The translations under genes and the position numbers were made by a program. The notes under the pieces were generated by a model. The model had not been told where the DNA came from, searched no databases, and saw only the letters and a program-made list of their open reading frames with translations. 64,000 nt of DNA from Spironucleus salmonicida (Eukaryota), in assembly GCF_000497125.1 (NCBI RefSeq), contig NC_090600.1, positions 310,001-374,000 on the forward strand. Reading direction: 5' to 3'. Of this stretch, positions 30,821 to 41,770 are shown one piece after another; within the stretch, counting starts at the first letter, position 1; each line of letters starts with the position of its first letter.

Positions 30821-32204
30821 TTTAAAATAAAAAATAATACCATAAATTGGTATAAACAAGTTCTTACTTTACTTTGATTAAAAATTCAATACTAATACTA
30901 TTCATAATCATTGTTTTATAACAATATATACAATAATTTAATGTGAAATACTATTATTGATTAATCTTAATATTTAAATATTGTTATTTTATAAAATCCG
31001 ACGTTCATTGAATAATATCATAATATCTTTACTACCATATATGAGTATATTTATTGAGTAAAGTATTAATCGAACAATTTAGATAGTTTCACTAAAATAT
31101 CAAAAATTCATTTTTAGATGATATGTGAGATTCATATTTTATTATTTTAAATATCTGACTTGTTGCCATTATATTTTATTTGTTAGTCATAATACTAGTA
31201 CATATTTTACATTATGTAAAATATAATTTACTATTACCTATTAATTTAGTTAGTTATTAGCAGTATGGATATTATATTCATATGATTAGTTTGAATTTAT
31301 AATATATGTAATCATATACTATAAATATTTATAATATTAGATATTATTATTTAAAGATAATCTTAATCTCTAATTTTAATAGCATCTATGAATACTAAAT
31401 AAAATTTTCGTATTTTTATATCTCAGCTATAGTTAGCCAAACATCAGAATTAATGAAAACAATATTTATTTTATATTATAGTTTCAATTTAAAAACATAA
31501 TGGCTTTTATAAATAATATTAATAGCTAAAATATTTTAAAATACATGTATGTTCGTTAATAATAAGTAAATATGAATGATATTTATCTTTAAAGCGTTAT
31601 GGTTAAAAATTAATTAAGTATATAATACTATCATAGATTATAATTTTTAATAACTGAATGATGGGCCAATAATGAATGAATTATTAATGTAATATTTCAT
31701 TATTATTTTACTTCAATAATATTAGAAAATGATCATTATCACTAAAATTAAAGATCTAACTCGCATAAATAATAGTCAAATAGAATATTTTCTACTGTGT
31801 TTATTATGTAAATAAGTAAATTAATTTTACAACAAAATCCTTAACACTAATTAGATAGAAGTTATACAGGACCTCGATTTACAAACTAATTTATTTCTGG
31901 AAATACATTTTAAAAACTGCAAGAACCTTAGGAAGCTAAATATTTTGCAAGCAATATATATTACCTCGATCTACGGTTCAATAAAATACTAGAGAATATA
32001 CATCTTTATAAAACGAACAGTATCAACTTCAAACGAAAGGTTAAATAACAGAATATTGATATCTTAGCGTGAAATATCCAGTAGGAATTTGTAGAATTTG
32101 CTAGCTTGAGGCTATAGGATTATACAGATTGCACTGTAGAATATTGATCACCAAAATATGTTAAAGAAGTCAGTTACTGAAAAATAAGTCGCAAATGAAT
32201 GAAC

Positions 32205-32981
32205 TCACTCCACCATTATTTAGGTAGACTTGGATTCCATATTATCGTAGTAAGCTAGCAAGAGGCGGTCAAATAGGTCACAGTGTGAGTATTCGAAAGT
32301 TTCATGTCCAAAGTATATTTTATTCGCATGCAGCAATCCCCTGCTAGTGCTAGTAATGAATACACAGTCCGCCGCTTAAATATCCTATATAGTGAATTTC
32401 ATCCGTTTTAGATCAATACCTAGCTCTTAACATATGCTTAGTACGGAATTTCTAACATTTCCACCAAGGACATCTTGGTCCCCAGCAGTTTAAATAGTGT
32501 TCCCCAAAATAATAAAGCAGTTACTGCTCAGACCTTCAGTTACAAACCCATCCTAGTGCATTAAAACTTCGTCAATATCAGAGGTGATAAACTGTTCCAG
32601 ACTTTGTCTTTTAACGCACCAGTTAACAGATTTTATCTACGGGTCTGCTCTCGCGGCCTCCATTAGGATAAAGTTTGAGGATAACTTTGCAGCTGGCAAG
32701 GATTCTGCAAAAAAGTCGAGATGGTTACCAACTGACATACAGTATATTCTGATGTCGGCCGGAAAGTTCTACAGAAATACATTGGCCGCGGCCATAATCT
32801 GCTTGCACGCCATTGGGCGAGTAAGCTCCCCAGACACCAACCTGCACAGGTGCACCTCTAGCTCTGGAATCATGGTTCTTGAGAGCGTGCGCAGCGTGGT
32901 AAATGTAATGTCCTTGTACAAAGTAAGCACGTCATGCCCCTTCAACTGAGACACGGTGAGTTATCCATCTTTCAGGTACAT
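32205..32981 (-). CDS. PLP-dependent aminotransferase class IV (BCAT/D-amino-acid aminotransferase/ADC-lyase fold), copy 1
   Basis: HLCRL, PQIKSVN (PLP Lys), DGFVTEGLSSNCF, VLGGNVR, AADCVFITSTSRG; 258 aa. Confidence 0.85.
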
Positions 32982-33042
32982 TAATTAAATATACTTATAT
33001 ATTAAATTATCCACATCAGATTATTTATCATCTCGGTTATCT

Positions 33043-33651
33043 TCAAAGACGAGGTTACGCGCCAGAACGCAGCCGGAACGCGTCCACGGCCTCGCGCACC
33101 CCTTCATAGTTCAAGTCCTTTCCGTGCCTGAAAAACTACCGAAACAGGCACTCGAAGCTCTTGAACATGCTCCGGAGCACTTCCACCTCAGCTTTTCGCT
33201 CCAACTCCTCGCAAATCCGCGCCATTTGCAGCGATTCAAGTACGAAACTGGAAAGGAGCGGTACCGTTTTTGGAGTGGAACTGGGCATTCTAACCGAGTT
33301 GACGGCGATGAGCTCCTTTTGAATTTGCTGTTTTTAGTTTTGCAGTCGCTAAATCTCGATCTTCAGCACCTTGTTTTCGGTGGCCAGCGAGGTCAAGAAG
33401 GCGCTAATTTCCTGTATTTCTTGCGATTGAAAATAAGGGGCTGAGTGGGGAGAATCGAGCGGTTGCTGCTAGTTGAGGTTGAAAAACCGAATTGTAGCGA
33501 TGGCCTCGGAAATGCTGAACAGCTCTGGTTCTGGCATGGACGTAACCTGATAAATCTTTTTAATCGATTCGGTAATGAGCGATACCTAATTTGACCTGGC
33601 AGCTAAAATTCTGGCCTGATCGGAGAGCGGCAGGAGCGGTAGCATGTCCAT
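33043..33651 (-). CDS. hypothetical coiled-coil protein, copy 1
   Basis: 202-aa frame in code 6, MDMLPLLPLS... Confidence 0.65.
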
Positions 33652-33705
33652 TTGTATTCTTTTTATATTTATATATAAATGTGATACTATAGCCACTTCA
33701 ATAAA

Positions 33706-36606
33706 ATGGATCTTTTGAAATAAGCGAATGATTTGGTCTAGGTAGTGAAGTCTGGCGCATGCGCCAAACCGATCTATGCGGATGAAGTTAATTTTATGTG
33801 CGACACCTGCGCTGGCTCCACCTCGGTTTTCTGCCCTTCGTGCTTCTACAACGGAGATCACCTAAATCACGATTACAGACTATCAATGAACTTGGTGGGA
33901 CTCTGTGATTGTGGCGATGAGTCTTCGTATATTTAAGAATCTTGTTGTTCAAACCATCCTCTAGTATAAGTTAGCATTTTTGATGGTGTAACTTTCGATT
34001 CGTTTTCAGAAGTATTCGACTTGCTGGTTTAGTTCTAAAGTTTCTTGCAAGAGCCTTAAGAAGATCAAACTCGATAGATTTACGATATGTGTGAGCAGTC
34101 CCCTATACTTCTTAGGATTATAGTTTTCACTCTGTTTTTCCAAAAGTAGCAGAAATAATTTTTGTTCAATAATATTAATAACATTGATATTCTCCTAGAC
34201 GTAATAAATTAGAATAACTTTGCGAACCATCTTCTAGTTAAGCTTGAAAGCTTTGTTTTTGTAGATTTGCTAACGTAGGACTTCTATTTCCGCGTGTTCT
34301 CAGTGTTACTGTTCTCCCATAATTTAGAACAATTGATAATATGGCCGAACAGAGCAATTTAGATGATGTCAGTTTAAATCCTAACGGAACCAAAAACATA
34401 AATTTATGTTGCACAATTCAAAATTTATTCTAGGTTACTCAGATTTATGAGAGAAAAAATATAGCTTAAAAGCTAGCTGGACGGGAAACTTCTACAGGTG
34501 ACAGATCTGTTCTACCAGTTTCAGTAAATATCACAGCCACACCAAGTCAAGTACCTATTTATCTACGATCATGAGCTTTTTGAAGAAATCTTGAGGTTTC
34601 ATGAGGTAGTAAACTTCTATGGGAAGATTAACCCAGATGACTGTGGGGAGAACTTCAATACGTTTTTATAGGAGGTTAATATTTATGTATATTACATTAA
34701 ATTTATCATAGGACCGTTTTACGCGATTTGCAACTACTCAGACTTAGAGATCGGTAGTACAGATGTAATTTTAAGCAGGTAACATATAAAAGGGGACGTC
34801 CGAAGCTAGTGTAGCATTAATACTAATTTCTACTAATCTGTAAATTTTTAACTAGCGGTCGAGATGGTAAGTGTTCAAATTAAGTTTAGCTAAATGCAAA
34901 CAAACTACTTCTTGCTTTTCCCATAATAGTTTATATAAATTTTTATTACTAACTAGATTTATAGACTAAACCTAGACAAAGCAGAATATTTTAGCATGTT
35001 GGCATCTAAGTTAAATATACCGTTAACCGATTTAATAGACCAACTTCTCCAGGATCCATATATTTTCTTAATTTTCAAATAGCAAATTCTATCATAGACA
35101 TGCTTTAAGAAACATATCTATGAGCTTGGCATAGCAGTTAACTTTTGCGCTAATGACTCATTTTTTAGCAACCACTGGTTCAAAATAGTTAACTTCGTCC
35201 AATTTGCTATTCCTTTAGCCGGTAAAAACTACTTCAAGGATAACAACTTGATTAAGCTAGAGATCCTGAATTAGATTCTATTTAATATCAATATTCTTGA
35301 CGAGGAGCTATTTTTACGAATTTTCTTATCTCTACAGTTCGTCTAAATATAGAATGCAAAATTATCAGGAATTTTGGATAAAACCGGGTTCAGACGCAAT
35401 CTTGTCTTAGATGCTGCCAGAGAAATATTCAATACTGAACCTAACCCAAAAAAGCTTAAATCAGCAGTAGTGAAGCTAAAAACTTCTTCATTCGTTGAGC
35501 CTTCGATGAGCTCAAATCCAGATGCAATATGGCAAAGGATGGAAGATGCTGATGTACTAGGACGGATGTTTGTAGACAATTTGGGCGGTAATAATTGTGA
35601 GCATTTGGTAGATTAGTCATTTCTATAATTCCTGGAAAGTAATTATATTAATGCTAATTTTAGTGCTAAAATAACTATATTGCGTATATTTTAGTTAAAA
35701 AGATACAAGAGCCCAGTATATATTAACTAAAGTGATTAACGACTTATTAGGCTTGAATAGAGATTTTTTACGTCTGTAGAGGTTAAAATTTAGAAGGTTT
35801 CATTATACTAGCGTATGTCAAAATTAAAAGCTCGTCCACCTACAAATACCCTTATGGGTGTACCTGAATTAAGGGTATCACATACCCCGTGCGCAGTTTG
35901 CCATGATAATATGGTAAATCATGTGTAATTTTTGAGTATTAAACCATAATAGATAGGAGTATCGGTAGGTTTATGCGGACATTTATGTCATTAAGAATGC
36001 GCATCTGGGCTCACTGCTTGCCCTATATGTGGGATGTTGATCACATGCTTACTTGGTATAGAATAATAGGAAATAGGAGTGTTTTCTACTTTCTCTGAAT
36101 ATTTTACATCTAAACGTGATTAGATTATCGATTTCTACTAGTTTTTTGCTAACTGTGGTGATGTGGACTAAAATTTTAAGACACGTGTATTAGTACGAGC
36201 AGAATACATTATGGATCAAATTACACTTAAATTAGGTAATCCATTAAATTCTATAAAATTTTAAACTTCAGATTAATACAAATTTTTCGCTAATATATTC
36301 ATGAACACTCTTACTTAATAAGTGCAGTAATTTTAGACCTATATTTGTAGTGCTTGCTCTAATCTTACAAAGCCTGATCTTAATTTTTGCCTTGGATGTG
36401 GAAGCATTCTATGTGGATCGTGTCGCTGTCAAAGTTGTAATCGTGACGTTATTTGGTAGGTTGTCAATGGATTTATTACTACTGGTGGGAGATAATTCCC
36501 AGCCCCATATCGAGACTAATTTGGTTAAGTTGGCGGAGTTCAAGGAGGTGAAAGAAGATTGGATCTAGAAATGGTAGCAGCCTTAATATAAGAAATGATA
36601 GAGTGA
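33706..36606 (+). CDS. UBR-box/RING E3 ubiquitin ligase (N-recognin, UBR1/2/3-like)
   Basis: N-term CAKPI..CDTC..FCPSCF..H..H..CDCGD UBR box; RING CAVC..CGHLCH.EC..CPIC; C-term Cys cluster and PYRDQFG; 966 aa. Confidence 0.85.
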
Positions 36607-36892
36607 TCTTTATAGAATATCATAATTTTTAGCTAACAATTTACTATTTATCTAGTATAAAATATTACAATCATAGATAGATTGATATCATAGATAACCT
36701 TAAATATTTAATATTATCTAAAGATTGTCGAATTATTCATTTATTGTTTCATATTTTTTAATAGATTCGTATACTTAAATCTAATATTATCTTAAAATTC
36801 TATTATCTTTAACTAGTAATATTTTTGTATATACAGCCAAAATACAGTAAATGATAGTGATAAATTTTAATATATATATTTAACTTTATAAA

Positions 36893-37342
36893 ATGTCATT
36901 CACTACTATGGATAGATGTTAATCTTAATGTCTCACTACCTGCTATAAGCATTTTAATTTATATCGATGTAGATATAATCTAACGTATTCTTAGCTTGTT
37001 TTTTACTTATTCTATGCAGCTATTATGTTGGTTGTCATTGGAGGAATGATTTATGCACACCATGTTTATAAGTTACGTCAAGGTTTCCGGAAGGAGAAGA
37101 ATGGGCCCTGCTGCTTCCGCTACGTGCGGGACGAGCACCGCCAGGAGATGCGCCAGGTGGTGTACGTCGAGGACGGCTACGGCAACCTCACGGAGGTCGG
37201 CCACGACTACGTCCTCGTGCCGCAGCGGACCCGCCAGCCGGAGCTGGTACCGCCGCCCCCGGCGCCCATCATGGCTGACATCCAGCCCCCGCAGGAGTAC
37301 CAGCAGCCCAAGGTGGTCCCGAACACCGCGCCGCAGTTCTGA
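36893..37342 (+). CDS. cassette gene 1, copy A: 149-aa four-Cys single-pass membrane protein
   Basis: MSFTTMDRCQSQCLTTCYKHFNLYRCRYNLTY-TM-RQGFRKEKNGPCCFRYV...PPPP tail. Confidence 0.8.
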
Positions 37343-37422
37343 GTGAGCGGGGTCGGACGGAGTGATTTCAGTTTCCACATTACACCTGCATCCCGGCCCG
37401 AAATATGCAGGTTTCCCCCGCA

Positions 37423-37431
37423 CCACAAATG
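37423..37431 (+). promoter_or_regulatory. C-rich start-proximal motif CCACAAATG
   Basis: Same motif at 37820-37828 (+) and CCACAAAATG at 38325-38334 (-). Confidence 0.5.
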
Positions 37432-37785
37432 CAAGTAGTCGCCGTCACCTGCTCCGCCTGCGGCTTCCTGTCCAACGAGAAGCCCGGCGTCGCCACCTGC
37501 GCCTTCTGCGGTTCCGCCGACGTGGCCGAGGTCCCCACCGAGGCGCCCCTCTCCCACGACAGGGAGTTCCTGGAGCTGTGCAGCGCGAAGTTCGGCAAGA
37601 GCTACGCCAGCCTCAAGCAGATCTCGGACGAGTTCGCCTTCGACGAGACCTTCATCCACCTCACCATCAAGAACGCCGAGCTGTGGCAGTACTGCCTCGA
37701 GCAGCCCACCTTCGAGGCGCTCCTGGACCTCTGCGGTGCCAACCAGCACAAGAGAGGCCCCGCGATCTGCCCCGGGCCCCAGTGA
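37429..37785 (+). CDS. cassette gene 2, copy A: small zinc-ribbon-like protein
   Basis: CSAC..CAFC pair; strong GC3 bias; CCACAAATG start; CAG-TGA stop; 118 aa. Confidence 0.7.
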   Translation: MQVVAVTCSACGFLSNEKPGVATCAFCGSADVAEVPTEAPLSHDREFLELCSAKFGKSYASLKQISDEFAFDETFIHLTIKNAELWQYCLEQPTFEALLDLCGANQHKRGPAICPGPQ

Positions 37786-37825
37786 TCTGTCTCCCCACTG
37801 ACGCGCGGTGCCCGCCACTCCACAA

Positions 37826-38032
37826 ATGGGAGCCTGCGCCCAGGACGACTTCGTCCCCGCTGCCATCATCCAGCACGAGTACGCGGCCTACGACTTCGCC
37901 CAGAACTCCGCCGCCTCCCTGGTGAGCGAGCGTCAGGCCCAGAGCCGCGCAGGACTGTCCCTGAGCATGGCACGGGCCCTGGTGGAGGAGGAGCAGCCAG
38001 ACGTCCACGCGGAGTGGGACCTAATCGAGTGA
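37826..38032 (+). CDS. cassette gene 3, copy A: 68-aa protein with MGAC N-terminus (possible acylation signal)
   Basis: CCACAAATG start, GC3 bias, GAG-TGA stop. Confidence 0.6.
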   Translation: MGACAQDDFVPAAIIQHEYAAYDFAQNSAASLVSERQAQSRAGLSLSMARALVEEEQPDVHAEWDLIE

Positions 38033-38051
38033 TATCGCCAAATAGAGAGTC

Positions 38052-38327
38052 TCACTGGTCGAACCGGCCCAGCCTCTTCAGGTAGAAGTACTGGTTCTTG
38101 ATCTACACGCGCGTCATCTCCGGGAAGTCGCTGCGCTGGATCTGCTTCAGGTCGTAGCCGTGTTTCCGCACGGAGTGCACGAGGCGCTGCTTCATCTGGA
38201 AGGTCCAGAGGTTGTAGTCCTGCCGCAAGAAGGCGTGGTGGCTAGGGACCTCCTGGTTGTGGTCTGCCATGTCGTAGACATCCTGGGTGCCGAGTATAAG
38301 GATGAGCTGGTTTATGACGCTATCCAT
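38052..38327 (-). CDS. cassette gene 4, copy A: small single-repeat Myb/SANT protein
   Basis: WTFQMKQRLVHSVRKHGYDLKQIQRSDFPEMTRVQIKNQYFYL; 91 aa. Confidence 0.7.
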
Positions 38328-39424
38328 TTTGTGGAAATGGTATCCCGATACTGCTATATAACGGGATATCGGCACTAATACCAGATTGGAACGCACTGAT
38401 AGTTCCAGCTTAATTTTTACTTTGTCCTGAATATGTGTATAATATCAGTACTGTAAGTTAGAGGTAACTTTCGAAACCATCGTATCATATGTATACCGCT
38501 AAGTATTAGTCTGTAGTTGATTCCAGATTTTGTGTTCTATATGTTTACAGCTGGCCCCGCGTGTATGCGGAACTATCTCAAAATATACAAATTCTGTCCA
38601 CTCCAATCTAGGCTCCAGAGCATAGCACGCATCCCCGCATCAAAATAACCTGTTTTTGTGGTTTACGTGTGTGGTTTAATTTAAGTTTTATGAGACAGTG
38701 TGCTGTGTTTAAGGAGCTGCAGAGGGGGGGGGCATAGTCTGACACACTAGAAGCAGCTCAGTTCAGGTTTTTGTACTTTGGAAATTTGTTTTATTGGTGG
38801 AGTAACTGATAGATGACAGCGTAAACCACATCTTATAATATATAGGAAGCCAAGTTAAAACTCAGAAAACGATTACCAATTAATATACAGCTAAATTTAG
38901 AATTTCTGTTTTAACTTTAAATACAATTGACTGCAATTATTTATATACATATAACTTTTATCTATTTTTGGGAAACTGTCTTAATCTATGTTTAAGTCCG
39001 AGATTTTATTATGTTTAAAAATTGTTTGAGTACTCTTAACCATTTTATTATTGTATAATATTCATTTAAATCAGTTTATGAGTGTTCTGAATTATATGAA
39101 AGTGCCAAGGTAAGCAGCCTTATTTCTTGTAAGAAACTTTGGACACTTAAGTCTCGACAATGGATAATCATCCTAGGAGAACCAAAATATTTTTTAATTC
39201 TAGATTAGGATCATGCGGCCAATTCCAGTAATAGCTGCAATGCAGGTGCCTTCGTATTCGTGGAGATATCTGTTGACTCGCTTGCAATGCAGCCACAAGC
39301 ACATGAGTTCACTTCATACCTGTGTATCCAATCCGTACTTGCGTGTTAAAGCATTTTAAATATTTTGTTGGGGTGGTTCGAATTTTGGTGGAAAATTAAA
39401 AATATATTCATATACCTTTACTTA

Positions 39425-40306
39425 TCACTTCTTGCCCTTCTTAATGAAGTAGTAGGCAAGGCCGCCTCCCACGGCTCCGATCACTGCCACTACGCCAACT
39501 ATGATACCAACGATGACCCCAGTGCCGGTGCTCACCTTGTCTACAACCTCAGGCTCAGCTTCAGCTTCGGCAGGCCAGCATTTAAATCCGCGCATTTCGA
39601 ACCCTGAGATGCAAATCGTGCACGACCCATCCTTATCCATCTAGTGGTTGGGCATGCAAGAGCCGCATTTCTAAGTATCTTCCGCACATGTGGCACAATT
39701 TTGAGAGTTTCCACATTTACAATCTGAGGTGAGGCCTGGGGCGCAAGCGGTAGCAGTTCCGTCCTTGCAGTACTAACCATTTGATAGAAGACTACACCTA
39801 GCTGTACAGGTTCCGTTAATTGTTGTAACGCTATCCTCGTCGCCACTGCAGAAATAGCAAAAATCTTGTGTCTCGCATGCGTCACATTGCAATTTGCAAG
39901 GCGTACATATCTTTGCTGCTACATCACAATATTGCGCCCCTTGCTCTTGTATGCATTCCTTATTGCTGTTGCATGTTTTCATACATTTGTTGGTGCTAGT
40001 GTTCAAAACGTAGCCTTCCACACATTTCTGGCAGGCGTCCTAGCTTTTGCAGTCTATGCAACCCTTCATGCATTTCTTGCAGGTATTGTCCTTCAGATAA
40101 GTGCCAGCGAAGCACGTAGTACAAAGAGGTCCATTACATTATGTACAATTATCTGTTTATTAGTTATCTGTGCAGGAACAGCCTTGACCGAAAACTATTT
40201 ACCCGGGGCATGCCAAACAATTAGCGGAAGTATCATCAGTGGCAGGGCAGTAGAAGCCAGCCTTGCATTTGTTCTCTCTCTTTTGGCAGGTTCCTGATTC
40301 CGCCAT
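39425..40306 (-). CDS. cysteine-rich membrane protein 1 (CRMP1), copy 1
   Basis: CxxC repeats, TM VIVGIIVGVVAVIGAVGGGLAYYFI, terminal KKGKK; 293 aa. Confidence 0.9.
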
Positions 40307-41770
40307 TATGGAAAGCGTAAGATTTAGTATTATAGCTCGGGATTCATTATACTACTTTTTTTAAGATTTCTCTACTATAATTAGATGTATATACTGTATT
40401 TTTGGTATAATTGAAAAATGCTACAATATTCAAATTTTAGTAACTTATATTAATAGTATATTATCCAATTGCTACTTTCAGTTATAGTAATTATACTCAG
40501 ATGAATACTTATTTTAAAAGTAAAAGGAGTTCAGATTATTTAGTTTTTGCACATTGTTAGTATTTAGTTCTTTTCATAGATGTTGGTTTTAGTTATCAAA
40601 AATATTATTGATTATGAATTGTATATAAGTATTTATTAATTTAACTAACTTAGATGTAATATTTACTTATATATTTAATATTGTATAAAGTTATTAGCTA
40701 TTAATTTACAATCTAAAGTAATCAAACAAAATAAAGTAGACAGTTTTTTTATTAAACAAAATGATTATATATTATGATTACAATAGCAAATTCTCATTTT
40801 CAAATTTATAAATTTTCATGGATTTAGTTGAAGGCTTTTATAATAAAATTGTGCGCATTTTTTTCTCATTAAATCTAAAACTTTTTCATTGAATAATAGA
40901 AATATATTTCACTTGGGTTAATGTTTAAAGACCATATCTAAATAATCCAATAAATTAACATTATATTTTTATATATTTTATAATTGTATAATAGCTTGAT
41001 TTCATCATTTATCTTTTTTAACCAGTACAGATAAATATAAACAATGTAATATTCCATTAATAGAATCCATAAGATTGTATATTATTTATTAAAGAGAGGA
41101 GCTAATTTTACTAATAAAGAATATTAATATTTTCAACATATCATCAATTATTTTATAAACTGGTTATGCCAGATAAAACTTATGACATGTTTCAAAGCTA
41201 AATTTTATAAATTATCACAATAAAATATTCTAATTAATCATATTTTTTCATTACAAACAAAGGAACTCCATAACATATTTAATCTATTCCTCACTCTGCA
41301 TCATTTTTAAAATATTTTACAAATCATTAAGTAATATGATTCATAGAACAAATAATCGTAATGGCATATTCAGATCAATTCACCTCTACTGAATGTTATA
41401 TTATATCTTCAAAACTTATCATAATAGTAAAAGATTTATAATATTTCAAGTTTTATACCAGTATAAAATAATATTGAAACATATAAAGTGAAATATTTAT
41501 AATACTTCTAAAAATAATTTAAAAAATACTATAATATCTTTAAATTTCATAATATTTTCAGTTTATTCAAGAGTAAAACAATTTAAAATGAATTCTCTTC
41601 ATCGTTCCTTAGTATAATATAATCATAATCCTAATATGATAACTCCTTTGAATAACATATTTTGCATGACTTATCTCGTCATATCTTACTATCATATACA
41701 TATAAAAGTATATTAATTAAAAATTAATTTAATATAATATATATTTATAGAAATATTTATTCCGCAAAAA

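Larger units (their letters stand above)
31834..35509. repeat. 3.7 kb direct repeat, partner 52291-55966
   Basis: Near-identical text at offset 20457; track ORFs duplicated at that offset. Confidence 0.95.
37085..40605. repeat. 3.5 kb direct repeat (GC-rich cassette plus CRMP), partner 58227-61749
   Basis: Near-identical at offset 21142 then 21144 (G9 vs G11 run). Confidence 0.95.

Noticed and set aside
37053-38008. Long overlapping and antisense ORFs (187 aa, 220 aa, etc.) in the GC-rich cassette and at 11417-12390
   Set aside because: Expected by-product of extreme GC3 bias; Arg/Pro/Ser-rich translations with no motif
37085-38330. GC-rich blocks as bacterial contamination or rRNA
   Set aside because: They continue in frame with AT-rich code-6 genes, contain TAG=Gln codons and show no rRNA motifs
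37085-38400. Cassette as a transposon or endogenous virus
   Set aside because: No transposase, RT or integrase ORF, no TIR/TSD, variable ends inside homologous genes
38724-38732. G9 run (G11 in the second copy) as a G-quadruplex or phase-variable switch
   Set aside because: Single intergenic run; length difference is within homopolymer error
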